A stretch of 56,787 nt of DNA, the filler included, from Theionarchaea archaeon (GTDB taxonomy: Archaea > Methanobacteriota_B > Thermococci > Methanofastidiosales > SZ-28-30), in the NCBI GenBank assembly GCA_018992565.1. It is 3 parts of 3 records of this genome, joined end to end, with 100 filler letters (N's around TTAATTAATTAA, not from the genome) between each part and the next. Parts side by side here need not be neighbours in the genome. Positions count along the whole stretch, not along the records: positions 19,856 to 38,501 come from JACVGW010000055.1; 2 more parts are not named here. One strand, given 5' to 3'. The notes beneath the pieces are model-generated. The model searched no databases. It had not been told where the DNA came from and saw nothing but the letters and a program-made list of their open reading frames with translations. The translations under genes and the position numbers were made by a program. The number at the start of each line of letters is the position of its first letter. Positions within the stretch are counted from its first letter, which is position 1. Below, one piece after another: positions 20,271 through 29,579 of the stretch.

Positions 20271-20438
20271 AAAATAAAAAGTGAAGAAAGAATCACTCAA
20301 CCTTCTCATGATATACTCCTTGTGAGAAACGGTCCAAAATCATTGTTGGCTTCGAAAATAAAAAGTGAAGAAAGAATCACTCAACCTTCTCATGATATAC
20401 TCCTTGTGAGAAACGGTCCAAAATCATTGTTGGCTTCG
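20271..20438. repeat. Perfect 84-bp tandem duplication
   Basis: 20271-20354 is identical to 20355-20438 (AAAATAAAAAGTGAAG...GTTGGCTTCG). Confidence 0.92.
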
Positions 20439-20925
20439 AAATCTCAACATGCAAAGGCAGTTCTGCCACAGTATCCCCGGTCTCTCTATCCACAACAACA
20501 ATGACCCACTCTCCTACAGGGAAGTCCAGCTTGGTTCTACCGATGAATACAAAAGCCCCATCCTCGAAGTAGAAAACACTCCATCCACCAAGATCATGAC
20601 ACCAGATATAGAACTTCACCGAAACAAGTTCTCCCAGACATCCCTCACCCTCAACAGGGACATTGGCAATACTAGTTCTATCTCCATCAGGGTACTGTAG
20701 ATAGAATTCAGGGCACAAAAAGGAGCCTTTGCACCCTTTGGATAAGATTGTCGCCTCTATCACGTCAATGGCCGGTACCTTGTACCACATTCCTTCCACC
20801 AGCAATGAAATATCATTGTATTCTGTCTCCATACTAGCGTATGAGAGCACATTATCGCGGCCTGCTTGTACCATTCCTACAAGGAATAATACACACACTG
20901 CTCCCGCAATTCCAATTTTCTTCGT
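20377..20925 (-). CDS. Hypothetical secreted protein; probable start at an ACG codon
   Basis: Signal-peptide-like (M)KKIGIAGAVCVLFLVGMVQA begins at ACG 20925, 4 nt after GGAGTTGA. Confidence 0.6.
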   Translation of the reverse strand, partial: TKKIGIAGAVCVLFLVGMVQAGRDNVLSYASMETEYNDISLLVEGMWYKVPAIDVIEATILSKGCKGSFLCPEFYLQYPDGDRTSIANVPVEGEGCLGELVSVKFYIWCHDLGGWSVFYFEDGAFVFIGRTKLDFPVGEWVIVVVDRETGDTVAELPLHVEISKPTMILDRFSQGVYHEKVE

Positions 20926-20929
20926 ATTA

Positions 20930-21415
20930 TCAACTCCTGTATAGTTCAGGCTCGACGTACCAGTCAATGAATTTCCACTCATTATTCTCCCACCGGTACT
21001 TGTGCAATATTGTAGTCTCAACCGGTTCCTGTCCTTCCTCTGAAATTCTCACCTTGATAAGAACGGTGGCGATGCTACCCTGGATTTCTATGTACTCAAT
21101 TCCTAGGTATTCTATCTGTCGACGTATGTCCACATTTTCCTGAAGCATGATCCACACCTCGGTTTGAGCTGTCTCTTCTGATCCTGTACTCTCAATGAGC
21201 CTATCCTTGCTCTGCTGACTGAGCAAATCCCAGTACATGGTCTTATACTCTGGCTGATCTACATTGTTGAAAACCTCAATAAAATGCTTTACAGTAGGTT
21301 CAACCTTGCCTTCTTTCAGAGAATATTCACTCCGGTTCTGAAATACTGACACTGCAGACAGAATTACCGTCGCAGCTACAATTGCACAGATGAAAATGAT
21401 AATCTTTCTTTGCAT
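20930..21415 (-). CDS. Hypothetical membrane-anchored protein (NTF2-like small domain)
   Basis: N-terminal anchor MQRKIIIFICAIVAATVILSAV; NTF2-like pattern YWDLLS...IEIQGSIATV...WENNEWKF. Confidence 0.7.
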   Translation of the reverse strand: MQRKIIIFICAIVAATVILSAVSVFQNRSEYSLKEGKVEPTVKHFIEVFNNVDQPEYKTMYWDLLSQQSKDRLIESTGSEETAQTEVWIMLQENVDIRRQIEYLGIEYIEIQGSIATVLIKVRISEEGQEPVETTILHKYRWENNEWKFIDWYVEPELYRS

Positions 21416-21563
21416 AATATGATCCTTCTTCTGAGACATATAAAGGTTTTCCTGCTTTGAATCAAGAATACACTGTCTTCTTAAGGGAAGATGCATGCTG
21501 GATTAGGGAACAATCAGGGGATCATCAGCAGCGCAGTAGTTCGAGGTTCTGAGTTGTCATCTG

Positions 21564-21602
21564 TCATCCACGCGCAACCTCTCATCCACGCGCAACCTCT
21601 CA
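21564..21602. repeat. 18-bp tandem repeat (TCATCCACGCGCAACCTC x2 + TCA)
   Basis: Seen directly in the divergent intergenic region. Confidence 0.85.
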
Positions 21603-21663
21603 CTTAGGGTAAAACCATCCTGCACAGCAAAACATTTTTATACGTTTCCCCGGATGGCATCTC

Positions 21664-23004
21664 ATGAGATCCGTGATGATGCTGATAATTCTCCTGATCC
21701 AGGTTGGATTTCCGCAAATGAATGAAATCGCGGAGCAATCATTTGAGGGACATGCCCACGTTCTTCTGACTGCTGATTTGGAGCACGACGGGTCGAAAGA
21801 AATCCTGGTGTATGATGAGACTGCACATGCAGTGAAGTGCTTTGACTGCTTTCTAGCCCTTTTATGGACTCTAGAAGTGGAGTATCCTGTCACTATAGCA
21901 GCTTCAAGAGATGTGGATGGTGACGGACTGCAAGAGGTCTTCTTCCTTGAGGAATTGAAGGGAGATACCTTCTATCCATACCGAATTGTCAGAGTGGAGC
22001 CTGATGGCACTCCCCACTGGAGAAAATTCATTGAGATCAATGTTCATGCAGACCTCCAGTTCCACTTCCTTGATGCGGACGGCAAGCCCGGAGATGAGAT
22101 CGTTATTGCCAACAGAATACTGGTAGAAAACGGGTTGGAACGATTGGCTTTCCAGCGGGATAGAATCATCATCAGTACCATGGTCTTTGAGGGGAGTCCT
22201 TATTTTCTGACTTACATACCAGAAGAGGTTTCATATGAACTCTACACATTTAGTACCGAACCTCTGTGGAAAGGGAAAGAGTGCCAGATAGAAGGCAGTG
22301 AGGCTACCATGGACATGGTGCTGTGCACCCTGTTCATGAATGCTCACGTCTGTTCGTGCAGAGAGGACTGGGCTCTGAAGCCTGGGGAAATTGTCATGAA
22401 GAACGTGCCTCTGTGGGCCGATGTCACAGGTGACGAAGAAGAAGAGGCCCTTCTTGTCACCGATACCACGATCCAGCTTCTAGATAGTGAGGAAGCCATT
22501 GTGTGGACCTGGGAGTGCCCTGACCCTGTGGATAGTGTTTCTGTTATGGATTTCTTGGGGGACGGTACACTGGAAATCGTAGTGACCACTCCTCTACGGG
22601 GATTTCGCGTTCCTTCTGCATATATCATTGATGGCCAGTGCAATCTCTTGGCAGTTCTTGCCATCAATTTGCCAGAGAGTCAATTCCTCTTGGAAGACTT
22701 AGATGGGGATACTGACAGAGATATATGGATGTGTGACCTGAAATCCAGAGGGAGCACTCTCCGTGTCTACTCCAATAGTGCAATCAGTGGCCCACTGGAT
22801 GCCCTGAGTCCAAGGGGCGTGCTCCGGCCCATTGATCCGGCCAGCCCTGTCACTTCTTTTTGGAAGTTCTTCGCAGAGTACCGGGAACTCGTGTTGGTGA
22901 CTCTCGTAACTGTTGTAGGTATTGTCCTTTTCGTTGTGGGAAGAAAGAGAAGAAAAGGTAAAAATCAGGTCAGAAAGGAAAATGATACAGTAGAATCTCT
23001 ATGA
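21664..23004 (+). CDS. FG-GAP/VCBS repeat cell-surface protein with C-terminal TM anchor
   Basis: Signal peptide; about 6 DxDGDG-type repeats (DLEHDG, DVDGDG, DADGKP, DVTGDE, DFLGDG, DLDGDT); TM helix followed by RKRRK. Confidence 0.8.
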   Translation: MRSVMMLIILLIQVGFPQMNEIAEQSFEGHAHVLLTADLEHDGSKEILVYDETAHAVKCFDCFLALLWTLEVEYPVTIAASRDVDGDGLQEVFFLEELKGDTFYPYRIVRVEPDGTPHWRKFIEINVHADLQFHFLDADGKPGDEIVIANRILVENGLERLAFQRDRIIISTMVFEGSPYFLTYIPEEVSYELYTFSTEPLWKGKECQIEGSEATMDMVLCTLFMNAHVCSCREDWALKPGEIVMKNVPLWADVTGDEEEEALLVTDTTIQLLDSEEAIVWTWECPDPVDSVSVMDFLGDGTLEIVVTTPLRGFRVPSAYIIDGQCNLLAVLAINLPESQFLLEDLDGDTDRDIWMCDLKSRGSTLRVYSNSAISGPLDALSPRGVLRPIDPASPVTSFWKFFAEYRELVLVTLVTVVGIVLFVVGRKRRKGKNQVRKENDTVESL

Positions 23005-23079
23005 AGCAACTCCGCACATGTCCATCATGCAATCGCTCTTTCGAGTAAAACTTATAAGAACCCTGTCCATCACGCTCTT

Positions 23080-23796
23080 ATGAATGAATGGATATTTCTG
23101 GTAGTTGGTATCATAACTGCTATTATCCCCTTGGGTATTGCCCTTTCTCTAAATCGAAAATACAAGAGCTCCTGGATCCTGTTGATTTTTGGGGCTGCCA
23201 TGTTTGTTCTGTCTCTGGTACGGATTCCATTGAATCTTGGTGCACAGAATATCTTCAATGCCTACTTTGCTGGAACTCCACTTCTGGTAGCAAGCGCTCT
23301 GTTTCCTTCAGCAACTGCAGGCATATTTGAAGAAGGATGCAGGTACTTAGGCTACCGGTACTTGTTCAATCCTGATAGAAGGACGTGGTCCAATGGATTG
23401 ATGTATGGAGTGGGGCACGGAGGAATCGAGGCAATCATATTCTTAACGCTGAATTACGTGATTCTCTTTGTGGTGCTACGGTCTGCTCCCGGATTGTTGC
23501 CGCCTGAGATAATGTCTCAGGTAGCAGACGTTTCTGCCTATATGCCTTTTGTGGCTCTTCTGGAGAGAATATTCGCCCTGTGCATCCAAGTAGGGCTTTC
23601 TGTTCTGGTGCTCCAGTGCTTTCTTCAGAAGTCCTTCAAGTACATGGGATATGCTATTGGACTCCATCTGATAGTTGACTTTCTGGCGGTAATGCTTGTT
23701 CAGGAATCCATTGCAGCGGCAGAAGGAGTAACAGGCGCTTTTGCTGTTCTGGGGCTCTACATTATCTGGAGATTCAGAGAGAACACTCGACCCTAG
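23080..23796 (+). CDS. YhfC (DUF2324) family glutamic intramembrane protease
   Basis: Motifs AGIFEEGCRY, GVGHGGIEA, LERI, AIGLH; multiple TM segments. Confidence 0.85.
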   Translation: MNEWIFLVVGIITAIIPLGIALSLNRKYKSSWILLIFGAAMFVLSLVRIPLNLGAQNIFNAYFAGTPLLVASALFPSATAGIFEEGCRYLGYRYLFNPDRRTWSNGLMYGVGHGGIEAIIFLTLNYVILFVVLRSAPGLLPPEIMSQVADVSAYMPFVALLERIFALCIQVGLSVLVLQCFLQKSFKYMGYAIGLHLIVDFLAVMLVQESIAAAEGVTGAFAVLGLYIIWRFRENTRP

Positions 23797-23854
23797 ATAC
23801 ATGGGAAATACAGATATCTTTTTAAAGGAAAAAGGCATAGAAAGTGATGGTAGC

Positions 23855-25906
23855 ATGAGCCCCCCTGAGGTCAGAATGCGTCCCGGAGATCATGTATGTT
23901 ACATGGAGTGTGGTGGAGAGTCGCTCCATTACCTTATAGATCAGGGAATTACAGATAATCAGCAGTGCCTGTTAATGGGGGGTGAAGCATTTCTGAAGCG
24001 CATGAAAAAAGAGATTTCAGAATTTCGGGACATGGTCACATTTGTCTCCTGTGACAAAGAGAACTCCAGGTTCAACCCCACAGCACTCCTGGATACAATC
24101 AAATCACACATTGAGAAAGCAAGAGCTGACAGGTCCTCATTGAGAATAATCCAGGATATGAGCTGGATTGAATCCGGGGATATCGACAGGGACGAGTACG
24201 CTGAATATGAAGCTCATCTCAACCTGCTATGTGAAGAATCCAGTGCAGTATGCATATGCCTGTATAACACTGCAGCTCCTGCTTCTCTCTTGTGCAACGC
24301 TCTGAGAACCCACCCCTTTTTGGCGATAGAAGAAACTCTCTATCCAAATTGGTATTATGTGACACCCGAAATCTTCCTGCAGCATGATGAATCAGAACTG
24401 GTGAGATCGTATCTCAAGAAGGTCACGAATTCCGACCTTGAACCTGCGCGGAGAAAATCCCCAGACAATAAGCATCTCAGGGACACCACCGAGCAACGGA
24501 GCCAGGGAGAAGCCCTGGAGTTTCTGGCTGGTGTTGTAGAAAATGTCATGGAGGCAGTCATTGTCACCGACAGCCAGGGAGTCATCACCTATGTAAACCC
24601 TTCAGTATGCGATATGTTTGGATATTCCAGAAAAGAGTTGGAGGGAAAATTGGCCAACATGCTTAACTCCAAAAACTCCCCTGTGACGTTCCAGGAAATA
24701 CTCCACCAGAAAAAGAATTGGGAAGGAGAAATACTTGCCATTCGAAAGAACGGGGAACGATTCCCCATTTGGTTGAGGCTCTCCCTCCTGCTTAATGATG
24801 AGGGTAAGACTACGGCTTTTGTGTCGGTGTGCAGGGACATTACTGAACAGAAAAAAGCAGAAGAAAAACTGCAGCGATATGCATTACTTCTGGAAATGAA
24901 GGTGAGAGAGAAGACCAGGGGGACAGAAACATTGCTCAAGACCAGCTATAATCTGAGAAGTACGTCCAACTGGCGAAAGGGGATAGAGACCATTACCAAG
25001 GGGATTGTGGAAGGGCTTGGGTTCGACCGAGCTGCAATTTTCTTTGTCAATGAACGTGAACAGACGCTGGAATGCAAGGGACAGCTCAACATGTCTGAGA
25101 AGTTGCTGAGAGTAAAGATTCCTCTAAGAGATACCAGATATGCAGTGGGCAGATGCATTGCAGAAGGGGGACCGCTCCTGGTAAAAGATGGATTATCTGA
25201 CCACAGGGTGCAGATACATCTGGAAGAAGAGGCTGGGGAATTCGTGTGGGTTCCCATCTTATTCCAGTCAGAAGTCCTGGGAGCTATTGGGGCAGACAGA
25301 GCCAGAAGTCAGGCGCCCATTGAACCTGAAGATGTGGATATGCTGGAGCTTTATGCCAACCAAATTGCAGAGTTCATTGAAAGAACCAGGCTGGTGGTAG
25401 AGCCGGAAGTGGAGAAGCAGGTTTCTACACCCCTCAAGTACGATCTAGAACCCCGTGAAGTGTATATTGTGGAGGAAGAGAGACCGGAGAAAGCATTTGA
25501 CATTTTTACAGACCTGGTCAAACATGGGTTCAAGGGATTTGGGATCTGCAGGACTCATCCCCAGAAGGTTAGGGAGAAGTATGCTCTGGAAAGGACTCCT
25601 GTCATGTGGTTATCCGAAATCGAGAGCAAGCAATTGGAGCAGGTGAGCCCGCAGGACATCCCCAAGCTGACCTACGTGGTGTCAGAGTTCATCAAGCGAG
25701 CCCAGCCGGCAGTGGTAATACTGGAAGGCGTAGAATATTTGATGGTTCAGAACGATTTTAGAACAGTATTGAAGTTGCTGCATACGCTTACTGATTATGT
25801 TGTTACTTCTCAATCCATTCTGTTGTTGCCTATAAATCCAAAGTCATTGCCTGTACACCAGCACGTTTTGTTGAAGAGAGCCTTCAGGACAGTCCCCGAA
25901 GAGTAA
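23855..25906 (+). CDS. MEDS-PAS-GAF-DUF835 multidomain sensor protein
   Basis: MEDS (GDHVC..., YEAHLN, CICLY, RTHP); PAS (EAVIVTDSQG.ITYVN...RKNGERFP...DITEQK); GAF (PILFQSEVLGAI.AD); DUF835 (GICRTHP, VMWLS, VVILEGVEYLMVQNDF). Confidence 0.82.
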   Translation: MSPPEVRMRPGDHVCYMECGGESLHYLIDQGITDNQQCLLMGGEAFLKRMKKEISEFRDMVTFVSCDKENSRFNPTALLDTIKSHIEKARADRSSLRIIQDMSWIESGDIDRDEYAEYEAHLNLLCEESSAVCICLYNTAAPASLLCNALRTHPFLAIEETLYPNWYYVTPEIFLQHDESELVRSYLKKVTNSDLEPARRKSPDNKHLRDTTEQRSQGEALEFLAGVVENVMEAVIVTDSQGVITYVNPSVCDMFGYSRKELEGKLANMLNSKNSPVTFQEILHQKKNWEGEILAIRKNGERFPIWLRLSLLLNDEGKTTAFVSVCRDITEQKKAEEKLQRYALLLEMKVREKTRGTETLLKTSYNLRSTSNWRKGIETITKGIVEGLGFDRAAIFFVNEREQTLECKGQLNMSEKLLRVKIPLRDTRYAVGRCIAEGGPLLVKDGLSDHRVQIHLEEEAGEFVWVPILFQSEVLGAIGADRARSQAPIEPEDVDMLELYANQIAEFIERTRLVVEPEVEKQVSTPLKYDLEPREVYIVEEERPEKAFDIFTDLVKHGFKGFGICRTHPQKVREKYALERTPVMWLSEIESKQLEQVSPQDIPKLTYVVSEFIKRAQPAVVILEGVEYLMVQNDFRTVLKLLHTLTDYVVTSQSILLLPINPKSLPVHQHVLLKRAFRTVPEE

Positions 25907-25936
25907 GATATGCAAACCCAGAGTCCGCATGGTGGA

Positions 25937-26008
25937 TGCGGCTGCCGGGATTTGAACCCGGGTCGTGAGCTTGGAAGGCTCAAGTGCTAGCCACTACACT
26001 ACAGCCGC
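25937..26008 (-). tRNA. tRNA-Gly (anticodon TCC), intronless, CCA not encoded
   Basis: Reverse complement reads GCGGCTG-TAGTGTAGTGGCTAGCAC-TTGAGC-CT-TCC-AA-GCTCA-CGAC-CCGGGTTCAAATCCCGG-CAGCCGC-A, a full cloverleaf. Confidence 0.96.
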
Positions 26009-26014
26009 TTGTGC

Positions 26015-27505
26015 TCAAGTTCTCTGTTCATTTATAAGGTTTTCCTCCTCATTCCTCATTCCCTGCTCCTCTTCCAGCCCTCTATCAGTGACTGCCTTCA
26101 CGTACCACAGAGTACAGCCGAGAGCTGCAGCCATTCCAAGAAACCTGAAAATGAAGAACCATATGTCCTCATCAGAGTAGCAGCCCAGCTGGTATGCTGC
26201 TTCCACAACAACCTGTGTGGCTTTTCTGAATATCTCCTGGTCGAAGTGCTCTATATCATCATATCCAGTATGAATGTACGGAATGACTTTGCCAAATCTA
26301 TCCTCATGGAAGTAGAGGGTTCGATCTCCCTTTTTCCAGACAATGCCACTCTCTAACGAAGGTTCTTCTGAAATAGCCGGATACTTGGTGGCTTCTTCGT
26401 CAATGGCGGCAACATCAGTGGTAGCTATCCCAACTCTGGAGAAGGAGACAAAATCAGAAATCCCTCCCACATCTTCCAGATGCAGCCTCTGCGAAGAATA
26501 TCCAAGGACCTTTGAGGCTAGAGAAGACACATATCGATCCACGTAATAATCCGTGCGGAATTCTGGATTCCACATATCTGCGTAGCGGGGAATCTCGCCC
26601 ACGCGGACAACATTCCCTGAAGCTATGCTGTCCACATTTATGCACACGCATTGTGGCAGAGGATATGCCTCCACAAAGGCTGCAGAACCCAGTAGCCCAA
26701 TTTCCTCTGCATCAAAGAACGCAAAGTACAAGGTGGCAGTCGTCTGCTTACTGGAGAGAATCCGGGCGCATTCCAGCAGTGCAGCCACTCCTGATCCATT
26801 GTCAATGGCACCATCAGTAAAAACAGAATCATAATGGGCGCATAGAAGGACTGTCCGTGTATTCCCCGGTCTTATGCCAATTATGTTGTATCCCTTCACA
26901 TCTCTTCGATTCGAGGAGAACTTGACATATAATACTGACTTTTCTGTTTTCCTTTGATCTAAAATGAGATAATCCTCGTAAGATATCGAAAAGAGTTTCT
27001 CTCGATTAGGGGAGAAAGCTGGCTCGTTATTTCTGTACATCAACACAATTCCTTCATCTGGAGTGCTCTCATACGCAAATGCCTCCACCATATGCAGAGG
27101 AACTACAGCATCGTATGAAGCAACTGAGGTTACGGGAGGAATGGCCCTGTCAGTGAGGTTGATCTGATCCGGAGTGGACAAATCTCCATCATAATCCACC
27201 AGCAGTTCATACTCTGTTATCTGGAAGGTGGTAATAGGAAATTCCTGTATTTCAACGATATACCCATACCTCTTGAGAGTATCTGCAATGTATGAGGATG
27301 CTGAGAGGCAGCCCCCGATGACGTCATCATCTATTGTGCCTGACCCTGCCAACCGGGGAGCATAGGCTACAAGAGCTTCTACATGCCTAAGGGCTTCTTC
27401 CATGCATACTTCTTCTGTAACATGCGGTCCATACTGGTAAGGGTACATAATAAAAAGGGCGAAAAGAGAAGCTACAGCAAGAAATACAACTTTCATCTTC
27501 TTCAT
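26015..27505 (-). CDS. M28 family aminopeptidase, membrane anchored
   Basis: Motifs CAHYDS, GAIDNGSG, DAEEIGLLGS, NVDS, ISDF, IHTGYD; N-terminal and C-terminal TM segments. Confidence 0.88.
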   Translation of the reverse strand: MKKMKVVFLAVASLFALFIMYPYQYGPHVTEEVCMEEALRHVEALVAYAPRLAGSGTIDDDVIGGCLSASSYIADTLKRYGYIVEIQEFPITTFQITEYELLVDYDGDLSTPDQINLTDRAIPPVTSVASYDAVVPLHMVEAFAYESTPDEGIVLMYRNNEPAFSPNREKLFSISYEDYLILDQRKTEKSVLYVKFSSNRRDVKGYNIIGIRPGNTRTVLLCAHYDSVFTDGAIDNGSGVAALLECARILSSKQTTATLYFAFFDAEEIGLLGSAAFVEAYPLPQCVCINVDSIASGNVVRVGEIPRYADMWNPEFRTDYYVDRYVSSLASKVLGYSSQRLHLEDVGGISDFVSFSRVGIATTDVAAIDEEATKYPAISEEPSLESGIVWKKGDRTLYFHEDRFGKVIPYIHTGYDDIEHFDQEIFRKATQVVVEAAYQLGCYSDEDIWFFIFRFLGMAAALGCTLWYVKAVTDRGLEEEQGMRNEEENLINEQRT

Positions 27506-27978
27506 GAGTATCCTATCTTCTTCAGTAATGCCTTCCTTTCCTCCCTCTGGGGTTCGTCTTCAATACACTCTGCAGATGTCCCGTCAACTACTCCTATGAC
27601 AGCTCTTCCCAGATCAGTTGTGGCCACCACAACCTGTAGTGGATTCTCAGAAGCAGCATACACCCGGCATGTGGTAGGATAGTTTTTTACTGTATTCAGT
27701 ACATTGATGGGAAATGCTTTCTGCATCATGATGACAAATACGTGCCCCGCTCCAATGGTGCAGCACGCCTTTGCTGCACACTCTTTGAGAGACTCACTGG
27801 TTCCTTCTACCCTGGTGAGCCTGGGTTTGGCTTCATTCATGGCAAGGCCAAACTCGATTCCTGGAACTGCAGTCTTCAGGGCCAGGGCCAAATCATCCAC
27901 GGTAAAGATGGAGAAATTCCCCTGACCAATTATACATTCAATGCCTTCTGGCTTCTCTACAGGGATTATATCAAGCAT
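27502..27978 (-). CDS. Adenosine-specific kinase family protein (DUF355, Ta1353-like)
   Basis: Motifs IIGQGNF, FGLAMNEA, IGAGHVFVI, FPINVLN, ASENPLQV, GRAVIGVVDG, LLKKIGY. Confidence 0.85.
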   Translation of the reverse strand: MLDIIPVEKPEGIECIIGQGNFSIFTVDDLALALKTAVPGIEFGLAMNEAKPRLTRVEGTSESLKECAAKACCTIGAGHVFVIMMQKAFPINVLNTVKNYPTTCRVYAASENPLQVVVATTDLGRAVIGVVDGTSAECIEDEPQREERKALLKKIGYS

Positions 27979-28056
27979 GTCACCACCTCATGTGTCTTTC
28001 TTGTGTTGTTCTTATAGTTATCTGCTGTATGCTCGCAGTGCCCAGATCATGAAAGG

Positions 28057-28725
28057 TTACCCCAAGAAATGCAGGAAAAGCTGCAGGACTAGGTCACCCT
28101 TCAAGAAAGCCACTAGAGATCCCAGGAGCATATAGAGAATGAGAGGAGAACCATAGGTCACCCATATCCTGTCCTGGTTGCATGTTTCTTTAAATCTCTC
28201 TACATCCATGTCAATATCTGGCATCAGGTGCAGATTTCCTGTCTCATCCTGGAGAGGCAGGAATCGGTAGTCCAGAGCTTCCCGTGAACGGGGAAATCCC
28301 GTCATATAGAGGAGGATCTTTTTCCACCATGAGATCTCACCCTGATATCTGTTCTTTGTCACTACGTTATAACTGAAGACTGCACCCACCTCCAGCACTT
28401 TGATGACTGCCAGGTTATTGAACACGGAAATCACAAAAAGAGGACTTGCAACACCTGGATAGGTAGGAACCAAGAGAGACAGTGCAACTAGTGCTTTTAT
28501 GTCAGCGCCGCCAAATAACCCAGAGATCGCCAGCACGAAAGCCAGGCCACATGCTACTGCTACCCCGAATCCCATGAGCCTCCACTCGGAGTCCCACAAC
28601 CTGAACACAATCCCTGAAGCACCCATGACCAACCACAGGCTGTCGGGAATCTCCCTGATCTTCACATCATAGTAGGAGCCGCATAGGAGGAACCCAACTG
28701 TCAGTATTGGTGTGATGGGCAACAT
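28057..28725 (-). CDS. A24 prepilin/prearchaellin peptidase (PibD/FlaK-like)
   Basis: Catalytic Asp motifs SYYDVKIREIPD and FGGADIK; C-terminal IWVTYGSP. Confidence 0.88.
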   Translation of the reverse strand: MLPITPILTVGFLLCGSYYDVKIREIPDSLWLVMGASGIVFRLWDSEWRLMGFGVAVACGLAFVLAISGLFGGADIKALVALSLLVPTYPGVASPLFVISVFNNLAVIKVLEVGAVFSYNVVTKNRYQGEISWWKKILLYMTGFPRSREALDYRFLPLQDETGNLHLMPDIDMDVERFKETCNQDRIWVTYGSPLILYMLLGSLVAFLKGDLVLQLFLHFLG

Positions 28726-28728
28726 TGG

Positions 28729-29577
28729 CTAAATCAATCCCCACTCTGCCACTGCATTGAATAAGAGGTATCCAGACGCAATCAGGATGATGGCATGCTT
28801 CAGCCCAGCAATAATCCTTTTCTCCGCCATTTTTCCTGCTGCTAGTCCGATGAACAATCCCTGTAACATGAGCATCCTGAAGAAGAGGGTCGTAAACTCT
28901 TCTGTAGAGAGACCGCTCTTGATGAATCCTGCTCCTGCTCCTCCAGACAACGGCTGAATAAAGGTCTTGTACAGAATAAGAATGACCACCAGGAATACAA
29001 AGTAGGTAATGTAACAAATCAAGATGTAGGGTTTGATCATGGTATCGGTTTCTCGCTCAATATTCTTGAGTTCTCTGGCATTTCGCGAGGCTGCCTGCAG
29101 AATCTCCCTGATGTCTCCTCCTGCCTTGTTGGCTTCAATAATCAGGTACGTTAATTTCTCAATGTAGGGGCTCTTGGTTCTCTCAGTAAACCGTTTGAAC
29201 ACATTTTCAAAAGGAATGCCCCAGGAAATCTGCATGGCCATCTTCTCTATCTGTTGATTCAAAAGCCCATATTCTCTGTCTTTAGTAACATATATTGCCT
29301 GGGGAATACTCATTCCTGAATCCACCCCTGAAGAAACATCGGCAAGGAAATTGGGAAATTCGGACTCCATCTTCCTCATACGGGAAAACTCAACATATTT
29401 TCCTGCAGCAAAAGGAGTAACTCCAATAAGGAATGAAAACAGGATGAGATCATCAAAGAACGGCTTTCCGAGATAGTTCATAAAGCTATACATGAATAAT
29501 CCCATGGCAACGATACCAGGGACAGCAATGAGAAAAATATCTTTCGGTGAGATCTGAAGTTCACTCTTGTTTGCCAT
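28729..29577 (-). CDS. Type IV pilus platform protein (TadC/T2SS-F domain)
   Basis: Motifs FPNFLADV..GVDSGMS, YGLL, WGIPF, AGGDI, GKM....AGLKH. Confidence 0.9.
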   Translation of the reverse strand: MANKSELQISPKDIFLIAVPGIVAMGLFMYSFMNYLGKPFFDDLILFSFLIGVTPFAAGKYVEFSRMRKMESEFPNFLADVSSGVDSGMSIPQAIYVTKDREYGLLNQQIEKMAMQISWGIPFENVFKRFTERTKSPYIEKLTYLIIEANKAGGDIREILQAASRNARELKNIERETDTMIKPYILICYITYFVFLVVILILYKTFIQPLSGGAGAGFIKSGLSTEEFTTLFFRMLMLQGLFIGLAAGKMAEKRIIAGLKHAIILIASGYLLFNAVAEWGLI

Positions 29578-29579
29578 GG

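Noticed and set aside
20271..20438. 84-bp repeat as a CRISPR array
   Set aside because: Two abutting copies with no spacer, coding-derived sequence, and no cas genes in the window.
25937..26008. tRNA-Gly as integration site of a mobile element
   Set aside because: No integrase and no duplicated tRNA 3' end were seen in the window.
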